Assembly (NCBI GenBank): GCA_030390025.1
Contig: CM059432.1
Coordinates: 27,902,001-27,966,000, forward strand
Length of the DNA: 64,000 nt
Direction: 5' to 3'
DNA from: Squalus acanthias
Lineage: Eukaryota
The stretch's first letter is position 1. Each line of letters begins with the position of its first letter. Below, piece after piece: positions 13,267-26,209 of the stretch. A model generated the notes under the pieces. It saw only the letters and a list, made by a program, of their open reading frames with translations. It searched no databases and was not told the DNA's origin. The translations under genes were made by a program, and so were the position numbers.

Positions 13267-13476
13267 GGGGTAAATTTTTGTCTTCTTTACCTGGGTGAAA
13301 CACAGCAAGTAAAATCTGGCAGAGAGAATTGCACGCCCCCTACACGCTCCACCTGATGTTTTCCCTTCCTGTTCGAAGTAATGGAAGGAGAATTCGATGG
13401 ATTCTGTACAGGGCGTGCAATCCTCCTTGCCAGGTTTTCCTTTTTCCCACCGGTGGTTAGGACAAAAATCTACCCC
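13267..13476. mobile_element. Palindromic MITE (Harbinger-like TIR)
   Basis: ggggtaaatttttgtc / gacaaaaatctacccc, plus internal inverted arms (ctggca..attgcacgccc / gggcgtgcaat..tgccag). Confidence 0.65.
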
Positions 13477-13690
13477 ACAGTCTGTTTATAAAAACTGTGA
13501 TCAGGCTGATCACATGAGTTAGAATGTATTGGGAAATAACAGAACCTAAACAGGGTCTACAACCAAAACATTAACATGCCTTTGCTCTTTACAGATGCTG
13601 CTGATCCAGCTGTAATTTTCCACCATTTTCATTATTTATCCCTGTTTCTAATTTTTGTCAAGTGACTCCTGCTGGAAAGTGTGTGTGTGT

Positions 13691-16582
13691 GGCCTGCGAT
13701 TTCGCCTACGCGGCTTCAAGGCGGGAGAGGTCGGCGGCGGGGGGCGACCCCACTGCTGCGTGGATCCCGTCGATAAATCGAATCTTGTCCTAATGGGCCT
13801 TGTTAGGCCAGCCCTGCATGTATCCCGGCCCTATTAAAGGGTGCGGGTCTGGTGACGATACCGGATGACGTGATTATTGCCGGTATATTTAAAGGGGCCA
13901 TGTCCCCAGTTACTGTCAGTTGCAAATTGATAGCATTCAGTGCTGTCAGTGTTTGAGTCTCTGCACTATGAGCTTGCAGCACCAACGAGCAGCGCCTCGC
14001 TTCACAGATGAGTCCCTCCATCATCTTGTGGAGGGAGTGAGAGCACGTAGGGCGGTTCTCTTCCCTGCGGATAGCAGGAAGAGGCCTCCCCAGCAGACAA
14101 AGGCAGAGTGGCTGCAGACATCGCAGGAGGTTACGGGGCTGTCAGTGGTGGTTCACACCTGGGTGCAGTGCTGCAAGAGGTTCAATGATCTAGTAAGATC
14201 AGGAAAAGTGAGTATTAAACCACAACTACCTTGATGCTGCTGTGCGTCTCATCACTCGCACCACTCTACATTGCCACCCCTACTCCTGCACAACGCTACA
14301 CAGCCCAACATCCCTTGTACCTCCATCCATCCCTCTAACTCTATCTACATTATCAGGTCGCCATCTTACTATGCAGCCCTCAAACTGAGCCTCATCGTTA
14401 TGCAATGACAGCAACTAACAGCACAAAAGGAGGCAACTTGGTATTGCCAACCCACTCCATCAAATTGTCAGTGTAAAGCTCTATGCCATTCCATTCCTTA
14501 CACTCATACCATCACTCTCACTGAACCTTCTCTTCTTTCCCTCCTTGCAGGAAAAGATAGCCCACAATAAGAGGAAGAGGGAGAGAACGGGAGGAGGGCC
14601 TCCACAAACCACGTCATATCTGACGAGTGCAGAGGAGGCAGCACTGGAGATTGTGGGAGTGGTGAACATTCCGGAAGTGGAGGACGGAGAGATGGGTTCA
14701 TTAGAAGAAGCTGGTGACAGAATGAATTTGCATACAATTGCATGCCTTTCATCATTGCCTCATATGGGGTGTGATGTCTAGACAAGCTGAATGCTCATCA
14801 TGTGAATAATGGTATGTGTCAGCAGTAGACATGCTGTATAACTAACAGATGTCTTCACTCTCCCACAGGTCCATCAAGAGCCTCTCACAATGTCCAGGAG
14901 CAACAGCAAGAAGACTCCTCAAAGGAGCCTCCCGCCTCTGAGGGCGCAGCATCACCTCAGACAACGCAACCCAGCACCAGCGCAGAGTCGCACACCTCGG
15001 TGGGTATGTCGCGAGATAGAGTAATGTTGTCACCTGGTGTCTCACAGATCACAACTGAGCAGCAGCAGATGGTGGAGACATTGCCAGCAGTGGAGACTCC
15101 TCGTCAGAAGGGCGCAGGAGTCTCCTAGCTCTGCTCAGCTGCATGCAGACACTGAGCCTCGGGGGCCATCCAGGAAGAGGGCGATCCTGGTGCTGCAGGA
15201 ACAAGTGCAGGAGGCTCTGACTGGTTTTGCGACGGCGGTGACTGCGAATGTGCAGAGAATGGAGGAGTCCATCTCCAACATGAGCAACACCGTGGCGCAC
15301 TCACTGGCAACTATAGCTTCCTCCATGGATAGGATGGCCACCTGCATGGTGGAGACACGGCGCCAGTCGCATGAGAACATGGTTTTTCTTCAAAATAGAT
15401 GCTCATCTATGGAGGAGAGATGGGGAAACATGGAGGAGAGATGGGCATCTATGGAGGAGAGAAACATCCTCATAGACCTCCTTTGTAGGAGGGATGTCAG
15501 TATAGAGATGGGCCCTCATAACCCCACTGAAGTGCAGCAAGGTGCTCTCCAGCGCCTTGCTAGCAGGGAAGTACGGGTGGCTCATGAGAGGGATGATGGT
15601 GGGAGGGGACTTGGAAGTGGGGGCTCCGCTCCAAGCACTTTGACTTCCACCCCCTTGCCAACCCTTCGGTCAGAGCCCCAGATGCCTCCCCGGACAGCGA
15701 TGGCCGAGTCTGCGCATGCACAGTCGCAGGAGGAGCAGACTTTGGCGGGGCCATCAGAGGCTCCAAAACCCAGAGAGCAACCGCCAAAGGCGTCTAAGCA
15801 GGCGCAGCACAGAGATGAGGAGGCTGCCTCTACCTCTGCTGAAGCCGCAGGGGTAGCACGACGTAGAAGCATCCGGAAAAGAAAGATCCCTCACAAATAG
15901 TCACAAGGCTAGACACTCGGTTGGCGCTCTTGTTGTTGCTGCTGCTGCTGGTGTGGCTGGTTCTGCTGCTGCTGCGGCTGATCATCATCAGATTCGGAGG
16001 ACCGAGGTGACAGAGCATAAACCGTGCCCATTCTGATGATTCATATGGCAGGTGAAGTTCAGATGACAGAACCAATCTATCAAGGGTTAGATATGATGTT
16101 GCAAGGAGGTGACAGTGAATAGAGAGTTTACCGCAAACACTTCCCAAATGCATAAAGCTTAAAAATCTGTTCCAAATACTCAAGCCTGAAGCTTCTGAGA
16201 GTGGAAAGTGACCAGCTGTAAAATGGCAGGTTTTAAACCACTTTTGCAGCTGTCACCTATTGAAAGAAATGAAGAGTTGTTCAGAACCCGACATACTTAC
16301 CTGGCTTGATCCTCGCGTGACAGGAACCTCGTGGAAAACTTGGGAAGATACTTTGTGCCTGGTAAAATGGTGAGTAAATTGGTTCAAACACCCTCTCAAC
16401 TAGCACAATTGAATGACCCGCCGCTTAGTGCCGTGTCTGCAAAGCGCAGGCAAAACCGGCACCAGGGAAACTCACAAGGAGGCGGGTTTAGAGCGGGATA
16501 CTGCCCCGCTGTCAATCATTTGGATTTTGACTGCGGACCCGCCTCCAAACCCCCCCCTCTGAGCGCCGGCAAAATTCAGCCC
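13691..16582. mobile_element. Harbinger derivative retaining the Myb/SANT gene, with the transposase largely deleted
   Basis: Imperfect TIR ggcctgcgatttcgcc / ggcaaaattcagccc inside a (TG)n tract. Contains the three-exon Myb gene. Its right end is homologous to the left end of 21199-22700. Confidence 0.75.
13968..15900 (+). pseudogene. Harbinger Myb/SANT-like DNA-binding protein gene, exons 13968-14207, 14551-14713, 14869-15900; one frameshift near 15106
   Basis: MSLQHQRAAPRFTDESLHHLVEGVRARRAVLFP...W...W.QCCKRFNDL|EKIAHNKRKRERTGGGPP. All junctions are GT/AG. The exon 3 frame stops at ~15128 while the +1 frame continues to a basic C-terminus (RRRSIRKRK). Confidence 0.8.
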
Positions 16583-17869
16583 CGTGTGTGTGTGTTTGTG
16601 TGTAATGGTCATGTTAGGACAGGATTGGGCTTGGCTATGATGTCTTCCACCTGAGAGTAGCATACTGACATTCACTGCCCAGGCATAAGCACAAGGAATA
16701 GTTACTTGGGTGAGAGAGGAGCTGGAGCGTTTATGTTCGCTGTGGAATTAGCCTGAGTCAGTGCCTTCGGGAGTTGAGGGAGAAAAGGAAAAGAAAATGC
16801 TTTATTATCCTTAACTATTCAGAGTTGCGTAATCTCCAAGGATCTCACGCCTGCCAACTTTGAGAAGTTGGCTTCCCTACAGGACAAGAATTTTTTTGCA
16901 GTGTGTTTTAAAGACTTTCACTGTCCTGCGTATATTATTTGGATAACCTAATAAATGTCTACAGTTACAAAAACCTCTGCTTTCTTTCCTGCATCTGTGG
17001 ATTTCATTCTTGCCGGTCCAATGGTGTGGAACTTGTTTCAGTATTTCCTATTTTTTTTACATGTGGACCGTACATTTATCTGTGTGTGGCAGAAACAGTT
17101 GGAATATTGGCTGTATATGTCCTCCTGTTAGGGTGGTGGGTTAACAATGTGCTGACAGTGCGGGATGTCAGTGCTGTTTGGAGGGATATGGGGAAGCAAG
17201 GTAGAGGGACTAGCTTTGTATTGCTCGAGCAAAGAGAGAAACAGATGAGATGGATCGAATGGCCTCCTTCTGTGCTGTAAACCTCTATGGTTCTATGGAA
17301 CATTTGAACACTTTGTGCACTGAGCATCAGGCTTCAGTACAAACAAATTAGGTGAAGAATTATATCGACATATAATGAGCTCCTTTTAACCAGCCCTATC
17401 GAGCTCTCTTAGAACAGTTGTGGAAGAATAAAATTAACTTTAATCTATTTTTATCAAGTATTTCCAGATCAGCGAGAACTTGGCAATAAGTTGACGCTTC
17501 TGATGCATGAGGTATTTTGGCTCTGCTACAACCCCATTTTTAAACGCCAATAGGGCAGTAGAGACATGAAAATCACTCATCAGATAACTGTTCATTTACG
17601 TCATTGCAGAAAAGATCTCATTATTAGTTGGAAGAAATTGTGAGCTGGATTTTCCTCTCGGACGGTCTCGGCGCCACAGGTGGGTTGGGGCGGGACATCC
17701 ATCTGCTGTCCAACCCCGCTGTGACCCCAAGCCTATCTATTTCCTTGCATTGGGCCCCATTATACATGCAGGTCAGGCTTCTTTAGGGAAAGAAACCTGC
17801 CGTCCTGGCCTCCACACCAACACAATTGACTCGTAACTGCCCTCTGAAATGGCCTAACAACAGCAACAA

Positions 17870-19600
17870 CTGAACACTTATATAGCGGCTTTAACATAGT
17901 AAAACATCCCAAGGTGCTTCACAGGAGTGTTATCAAACAAAATTTGACACCGAGCCACATAAGGAGATATTAGGACAGATGACCAAAAGGTTGGTCAAAA
18001 AGGTAGGTTTTAAAGAGTGTCTTAAAGGAGGTGAGGTAACGAGCAATGTTCACTGTAATTTTGTTTGGCCCGGCGTGGGCCCTTTAAGGGGCTGCACGGG
18101 CCATTTATATTAAAAAGCTGGCAAGCCGGCTGCGCGGGTTCCCTGGAGCACTGCGCGGCCGCGCAGCATACAGGGAACATTGGTAGAGAGGCAGAGTGGT
18201 TTAGGAGGGAATTCCAGAGCTTAGGGCCGAGGCAGCTGAAAACACGGCCGCCAATGGTGCAGTGATTAAAATCGGGGATGCGCAAGAGGCCAGAATTGGA
18301 GGAGTGCGGAGATCTCGGAGGGTTGTAGAGCTGGAGGAGGTTACAGAGACAGGGAGGGGCGAGGCCATGGAGGGATTTGAAAACAAGGATAAAACTTTTA
18401 AAATTGAAGCGTTGCCGGACTGGGAACCAATGTAGGTCAGTGAGCACAGGGGTGATGGGTGAACTGGACTTAATGCGAGTTAGGACACGGGCAGCAGAGT
18501 TTTGGGTGAGCTCAAGATTACGGAGGGTAGAACGTGGGAGGCTGGCCAGGAGTGCGTTGTATTAGTCAAGTCCAGAGGTGACAAAGGCATGGATGAGAGT
18601 TTCAGCAGCAGATGAGCTGAGGCAGTGGCAGAGTCGAGCGATGTGGCCTTGATGATGGCGCAGATATTTGATCGGAAGCTCACCTCAGGGTCAAATACAA
18701 CACCAATGTTGCGAACAGTCTAGTCTAGTTCAGCCGCAGACCATGGCCAGGGAGAGGGTTGGAGACGGTGGCTAGGGAACGGAGTTTGTGGCGGGGACCG
18801 AAGACAATGGCTTTGGTCTTCCCAATATTTAGTTAGAGAAATTTCTGCTCATCCAGTACTGGATGTCGGACAAACTGTCAGACAATTTAGAGATGGGGAG
18901 GGGTCGGGAGAGGTGATGGTGAGGTAGAGCTGAGTGTTGTCAGCATATATGTGGAACCTAGCATGTTTTCGGATGATGTTGCCAAGGGGAAGTAGGTAGA
19001 TAAGAAATAGGAGGGGGTCAAGGATATATTCTTGGGGGACACCAGAGGTAATGGTGCAGGAGCTGGAAAAGAAGCCATTGCAGGTGATTCTCTGACTCCG
19101 ACTGGATAGATAAGAATAGAATCAGGCGAGTGCAGTCCCACCCATTTGGATGATGGTGGTGGTGGAGGCAGACTCAATCTTATCTTTCAAAAGGGAGTTG
19201 GATAAGTATCTGAAAGAAAAAAATGTGCAGGACTACGGGGAGAGGGCAGGGAAGTGAGACTAGCTGAGAGACGGCATGGGCTCGACGGGCCGAATGGCCT
19301 TCTTCCGTGCTGTAACCATTTTATGATTCTATGATGGAACGGCGTTGAAGGAGGATGCCAAAGGCTGCAGACAGGTCAAGAAGGATGAAAAGGGATAGTT
19401 TACCACGGTCACAGTCACATAGGATGTCACTTGTGACATTGATAAGGGCAGTTGTGATGGGTGGAAACCTGATTGGAGGGATTCAAACATGCGGTTCTGG
19501 GAAAGATGGGCGAAAGCACGTTCAAGGACTTTGGAGAGGGAAGGGAGGTTGGAGATGGGGCGGTAGTTTGCAAGGACGGAGGGGTCAAGGGTGGGATTTT
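17870..19600 (-). mobile_element. L2-clade LINE 3' region, interrupted by a hAT-like MITE and a CR1 fragment (~19170-19335)
   Basis: LHWFPVRQRFNFK..LVFKSLHGLAPP is an L2 ORF2 C-terminal motif. RT remnants extend to ~19600. Confidence 0.85.
18044..18182. mobile_element. hAT-like MITE, 139 bp
   Basis: TIR caatgttcactgta / tacagggaacattg, with an imperfect 8-bp TSD gtaacgag / gtagagag. Confidence 0.65.
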
Positions 19601-20399
19601 AAGCAAGCCACTCAATTGTATCGAACCACTACAAAAAATAACACCGCAGCAGTTCAAGAAGATGGCCCAACGTCACCTTTTCAGGGCAACTAGGGATGGA
19701 CAATAAATGCCAGCCGTGCCAGGGAGGCACATAACCTGAGAATAAATACCAATTAAAAAAATATCCCATGCCCATGACTACTTGCTGCAGTGATCAAAAA
19801 ACAGAAATTTTCTAGGCTGGGCCTTTCTCAGGCTTATCAGCAAGTATATCTTAAAGAAGTGTTCTGTCAGTATGATTTATACTTGTTTACTTTGTAACAG
19901 TTCCTGCTGTGTTCCAAGAACCAATTGGCAATATTTTACCAGATTACCTGCAAGATGTTTACTGGATGACTTAGTTTTGACAGGGGCAGATGATTCTGAA
20001 CATCTGCAGAACTTTAGATAGCTATTCAATACAATTTGAAGGATCAGAATGCTCCTTCTTGTGGGAGCCCTTCTGTTCAGAAACTGGGATTTATTTATGT
20101 CCGAAGAAGGCTGAAGCTGACTTGGAAGCATCTGCACCTGAAAATCTGGTTCGATTAATCTTTGCTCTGGCAAGCGAATCGCTATAGAAAGTTCATTCTG
20201 AATTTGTCAACCACAGTTAAAAAAAAATTCTGGAATCACTGTAGCAGTGGCTTCCTCACGCTATTTATTTGGTGCTCTCATTCCACATACTTCAATAACA
20301 TATTTACCTCAGTCATTGGCCTCTCCTGAAATAATTATTTATGGCCTGGAAAGGAAGCAAAAGCTACCTTATTTGGTTTATAGAAATTGCTTGCCTAAC

Positions 20400-21198
20400 A
20401 TCTAGTACTGGATAAGCTCCAATTTTCTCCAGCTATATATTGAGAAGCCCAAAGCCACTGTCTTCAGCCCCCACCTCAAATCCAGTACCCTCGCCGCCAA
20501 CTCCATCCCACTGTCTCAGGCTGAAGCGGACGTTTGCGACGTCAGTGCCCTGTCGGACCCCGAGCTGAGTTTCCAAACCCATATCCTCTCCCTCACAAAG
20601 ACCGTCTACTTATATCGCTGTAATGTCACCGACCTCCTCCCCTACCTCAGCCCATCTGCTGCCAAAACACTCATACACTTCTTTGTCATCTATGGACTTA
20701 GTAAATCGAAGGCTCTCCAGGCCAACCTCCCATCTTCTACCTTATGTAAACTTCAGCTCACCCAAAGCTCTGCTGCCCGTATCCTATCCTGCAATAAGTC
20801 CTGCTCATCCATCAATCTCATCTTTGCTGACGTACATTTGCTTCTGGTCCCTGATGTAAGAAAACTACTAGGCACTTGGTCTAAGCGTAAAACAAAGCTT
20901 TAATCAACTGTTTTTCAACATGGAGGTCTAGTTGTGTCCTTCACTTGTTCCTGTTAAGAATGTCCTGTGCAAGCTGGGCCCGTGCCCGTGCCCGAGTATT
21001 TATACTCTCCCTGGACAGCGCCACCCTGCAGGCCACTCAGTATTATTTCATAAGTCTTTCTTTCATGAATGACAGATTTCATGTCAGTCCCCAAAGCCTC
21101 AAATTTAAAATGATCATCCTCGTGTTTAACTACATTGAAGCCCTTGCTCTTCTTAACTTCTCTAACCTCCTCCACCCCTACAATCCTTCCCACACTCT
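20400..21198 (+). mobile_element. Degenerate L2 LINE fragment, split by a solo LTR
   Basis: Similar to the L2 at 51810-52270 (tacatttgcttctggtccc...caaagcctcaaatttaaaatgatcatcctcgtg). Confidence 0.65.
20852..21086 (-). mobile_element. Solo LTR, 235 bp
   Basis: TG...CA termini (tgatgta...catgtca) and a perfect 5-bp TSD GTCCC. Minus-strand TATAAATA followed by ATTAAA. Homologous to 50481-50689. Confidence 0.85.
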
Positions 21199-22700
21199 GG
21201 GCTGAATTTTGTCGGCGCTCAGAGTGTGGGTTTGGAGGTGGTTCTGTTGTCAAAATCGTAAAGATTGACAGCGCTTTGGTATCCCGCTGTAAACCCGCCT
21301 CCTTGTCAGTTTCCCAAGTGTCGGGTCTGTCATCCCTGAACAGACCCGACACCAAGCGGAGGGTTAGCCAATTTAGATACTTAAAAGCTTATTAAAAAGT
21401 AGCTAAGAACCATTTTCTGATGTACTTACCATTTTACTAGGTTTTCAACGAGGTTCCCGGAGAGCAGCTATCACGTCAGGTAAGTATGTCGGGTTCTCAA
21501 TGACTGTGGATTGCTGTGAATAGGTGACAGCTGCAAAAGTGGTCAAAACCTACCATTTCACAGCTGTTCACTTCCCAATCTTAGAAGCTGGAACATTAAT
21601 GATTTGGAACCCACCTTTGAGCTTTATGCACTTTTGAAGTGTTTGGAGTAATCTCTCCATCCACTGTCACCTCCTTGGAAAAACCTCTCTCAATATTGAC
21701 AGATTACTTCTGTCATCTCAACATCACCTGCCATCTATTCCATCAGCATTGGTGCCCTTGAAAAAATCTCACCTTGGTCCTCAGAATCCCAACACGATCA
21801 GCCCCAACACCAGCATCACCGGGCACACCAGCAGCACCAACATCCACACCAGCCTTCTCTGCAATCAACTGATACTATACAGGGCACAGGGCATCATCAC
21901 CCATGCACATTGCTGCCCTAGACGCCAGCGATGGCCTCACCATGTCCAGATTTGCTTCACTTAATACTGAACACCCTGGCTGCCACATGATGCACCAGGT
22001 TGGCACCACCTCACATCAGCACCATAAAACATCCCTACAATGCCCAAGCCATTCCTTTCACACTCATTGCCATTGGGGGTGGCGGGGGGGGGGGGTTTGG
22101 GGGGGGTGGGGCGGGTGGCAGGACGTTATGTCTCACCATTCACTGGAAGTCACTAACACACTTTCAAAGGTGCACAGAAATCTGTCCAAGAAGGCAAAGT
22201 GGTGACAATAAGGATTTCAATATTTGACAATACATTAACAGAATGTTTACACGACCATTGCCTAAAACACCCAAGTGCCTATCCTTGGGTGTTGTTAGTT
22301 GGTATAATTGGACTAGGATGAGGGTGAGTGTGAGGGATGGCTAGTGAGATGGGGAAGTGATAATATAGATAGAGAGGGATGGGTGGAGGTGCAAGGTAAG
22401 TTTGTGTGTGTAAGGATGTGCAGGAGTAGGGTAGGGAAGGCAGAGTGATGGGGATGTGATGAGTGGCACAGGAGGATGAGGTTGAGTGTGGCTTTGCAGT
22501 AATGTTTCGTGATTTACTGTGATCATTGAAAGGTTTGCACCTCTGCAGCCAGGTCCTCCTGACAACATCCCTGCTTGTGTCCTCCTGTGTAATATGCAAC
22601 CAGGCTGCGCTGGTGTCCTGGGGAGGTATCTTCCGCCAATTGGAAGGGAAAAGAACCTCCCCGCGTGCTGTGACTCCCTCCATAACTATATGCAGTCCTC
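21199..22700. mobile_element. Truncated/deleted Harbinger copy (one TIR, transposase 5' remnant, Myb exon 1 on the minus strand)
   Basis: Starts gggctgaattttgtcggcgctcagag, as the right end of 13691-16582 does in reverse. Minus ORF 22279-22683 reads EGVTARGEVLFP..W..RTWLQRCKPFND. Confidence 0.7.
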
Positions 22701-25059
22701 CTCAGTGTTGACTCTCCCTCCTAACTTAGTGCCGTCCTGGGGATGTTGTTGATCCCCTTGTAACATCAAAAGTAATAAAGCATGTTACTCTACCCTTGTG
22801 AATGGGCTAAATTTATAGATTAGCAAATCTCAAACTAGTCTGCACTAATTTGAGGAAGAGAGTTTTCTCTCTGTGGCTGGTTCAAATGCCCATCGCTGCA
22901 AACTGTCTTCTACTCCAGTTAGACAGAAAGCCAAGAGTTGACCACTGACCCTCCCCCAACTCTCCATGTAGGGGATTACTTAATTGAGCTGTGAATGAAA
23001 TCTGCTACTCTCCTCCTAGGTGTAGTTCCCTTGGCATCTCCCTCCCAGTGGGCTCAATTGAATGAGGCCATTCTAACACTATGGGCGGAACGTTGAACCT
23101 TGGTGGTGATGTGAAAGGGGCAATATTGGATCAGCTGCCCGCATATGCCCCGCCCAACTTTCCATGCCGAAGTTGAAAGTTCAGCTGTATATGTGTGAAT
23201 GCCACTAGAGTGTATTCTAAACTCCATTGGCTCAAATTGATATGACATGTGAGAAGCACAATTCTGCCATTTACCTTGTCTAGTCGTGGTTACTGGGCCG
23301 AATAAGCTTTGCCAGAAAGTTTGTGTGCTGTGTGAATTTAATGTGCACTGGATATAACTTAATAGTAACATCTTGATATAAAAATACCTCCTTGGTCATA
23401 TAGTCAAAAATCTCAAATTATGAGACTCTCCTTTGGCTTGGCGTCTGTTTATTCCTCACACTTCTTTGAGATGCCTGGGATGTTTTCTTATGGTAAAGGC
23501 ATAATATAAAGGTAAACTGTAAAAATAATAGGTTTATTTACAGGTTGAATAATACATAGAGGTACAGCAAGATACTGAGAGCACAATGTTTGAACAATAA
23601 AAATATAATCAATCCACAAGGGTTGAAAAGTCTTTTCACTTATCAAACTATGTCAGAAAGAACCCTTTCGTGACCCACTCTATAAAAGAGGTGTTGAGAC
23701 TTCTATAAATAGGGGCCTAACAGTTAGATTCCAACAAGGGGTCCTGATGGTGAGCCTCTTTAAGATGTGCAAATCGGTTATTTCCTTGTTTTGAGCACAA
23801 CATAAAGAACTCCAAAAGCTCTCAGTATAATTTGGAATGGAGGTAAAGAATCTTGCCTGCTCCCCGAGACACGTGGAATTTTGAATTCATCATGATTACA
23901 GTTGGAGATTTTTCTTTCTCTCTCCAGCTTGCCACAATGGAATGTTTTGCATTCCTTTCTCATATTTAGCTATGAGTAATTGAGACAGATGAGGCCCTGT
24001 TGTAATATAAGAATTTGGACTAGCTGTGACCTCCTTCATAGTCTGATCTATACCCTTATATTCAGTCTTCTTTGCCAAATTTTAAGTATGGAATAAATGA
24101 GGCCAGGCCACGTAAATATAACAGAGAAAAAAAAACCGAATCCAGCTTCTGTTTGAAGTCAACATGGTTTATTATCAGTGAATTTTGCCAAATCTATTGG
24201 CATTAAATTACATTTAAATTATGAGGAAAGCTTAAGGAAAAGAGCGGACTTTGTTGAGGTGACCTAATAGAAGTATTCAAGAGTGTGAAGAGAATTAATA
24301 AAATTGATGTAGACAAATTACTCACTTTGATGAAGGGTTCAAATACCAAGGGACACAAATTAAAAATTAGGAAGCTAGCGGTAAGAAGTGAAGTCAGACA
24401 GACAATTTTTCAACCAATGCAGCTGGGAAATAACTTATCAAGGAAAGCCACCAAAAGTGAATAATATAGATGGGTTCAATTTCTAGATCACTGCCCTGCC
24501 TCCCAATCACTGCCTCCCCTCCCAATTGCCTCTCCACGCGCCCCCCCACCCCCACCCGCCCAGAACCTATCTGAGGGCCATTGCCAGCGATGCAGCAGCC
24601 CTAAATCCAATGCCGATTCACCAGCGAGCTTCCTGGGGATGGCCTGCATGTATATGCAGCTCGCCGGCCTCATTTAAATGAGGCTCGAGGCCCAATATCG
24701 GGTGTGCCTCGGGCCTACCCATTACGGGGCAGGCTGGCGCAAACCAACTTCTAGGCCAGAGTTTTCTGATATTGATGTGTTAGAGCTAGTCTGCCCAGCA
24801 CCAGAAACACTTACAGTGCCCCAAAGTCTTGGAACATTCCATCGTCTGCTCTCTCAAGGTGGAAAGAGGCCAGCTCCTGACCTTTGTGGCTGATATGTCC
24901 CTTCATGTTTTCCATATATAAGAAGGATAATCCTGTTGAGGATCCTGCAAGTGAAGGGTTATCCTCCACACGTTCTCTTTCATAAACTGTGTCCTAGCAC
25001 TTGGAGGCTGGATGGCATTCCAATTTCCCATGGTGCCCAACATCTCTTCCTCTTCCTGA

Positions 25060-25410
25060 ACACATAATCTAGGCTGACACTGAAGTGCTGTACTGAAGGG
25101 GCATTACACTGTCGGCGGTTTCGGCATTCAGATGAGATGTTAAACTGAGGCCCCCATCTGTCCTTTCAAGTGAACGGAAACGATCCTATGGCACTATTTT
25201 GAAGCAGAGTAGTGGAGTTCCCTGTTGTCCTGGCCAATACTTAGTCCTCAACCATCATCACTAAAAAGGAGATTATCACGGTCATTATCTCATTGCTGTT
25301 TATGGGAGCTTGCTGTGCACCAATTGGTACTTCAAAGATACTTCATTGGTTGTAAAGGGCTTTGGGACATCCTGAGTTCATGAAAAGTGCTATGTAAATG
25401 CAAGTTCTTT
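25060..25410 (+). mobile_element. DeuSINE-type (SacSINE1-like) SINE
   Basis: cacataatctaggctgacac...cagatgagatgttaaac...gcactattttgaag...gtcctggccaata...ttgctgtttatgggagcttgctgtgc. Confidence 0.7.
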
Positions 25411-25469
25411 CTTTTCATGCTCTTTGGACATGACAGCATCCTGTTCTTTTGAAGAATCAGCTACTTTTT

Positions 25470-25650
25470 TAAAATTCGTTTATGGGATGTGGGCGTCGCT
25501 GGCAAGGCCAGCATTTATTGCCCATCCCTAATTGCCCTTGAGAAGGTGGTGGTGAGCTGCCTTCTTGAACCGCTGCAGTCCGTGTGGTGAAGGTACTTCC
25601 ACAGTGCTGTTAAGGAGGGAGTTCCAGGATTTTGGCCCAGCGACAATGGG
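25470..25650 (-). mobile_element. LINE 3' end fragment (same family at 19600-19745, plus strand)
   Basis: ccagcatttattgcccatccctaattgcccttgagaaggtggtggtgagctgccttcttgaac, mirrored at 19650-19715. Confidence 0.6.
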
Positions 25651-26209
25651 ATGTGTATAAATAATCTGTGTAGATATAAAAGTGATCAAATAACATATGA
25701 CTTTAGATTGGAATCGTCTGAAGAAGTATTTCTTAAAATAATGCAATATAAGCTGAAGTGCATGCTTGCTTTATGGAATGCAGATGTTGATGAGTACTGA
25801 ACATTATATGCGTGTTTTATACATTCTGTGGTGGGTCTTTGGCAGACATGTTATTATTAACCTTATAATGCATCTGCTGAATTCCCATTATGGATTCCTG
25901 CCAAATGTTTTTGAAGGAAATTAAAATTAAGAAAACATTTTGCTCCTTGTTCATCCATTGTCAACTATTTCCAATTCGAACGTAAGAACTTACAAACCTC
26001 TCAATCCGAAGTTTCAATTTATCTGAATGTTTCCCCTTCTGCCCTCCTCTCCTGTTGGTGCTGACTTTTATTGAGCTAAGGTTCCACGGCACCAACAGCC
26101 CTTTGGTACGTCATCCAAAACAGCTATTGTCCATGTGCGAGATCAGACAGCACCGACAGGCCATGAACTCTGGAGGGCATCACTGCTTAGACCAATTCTG
26201 TTTGCTAGT

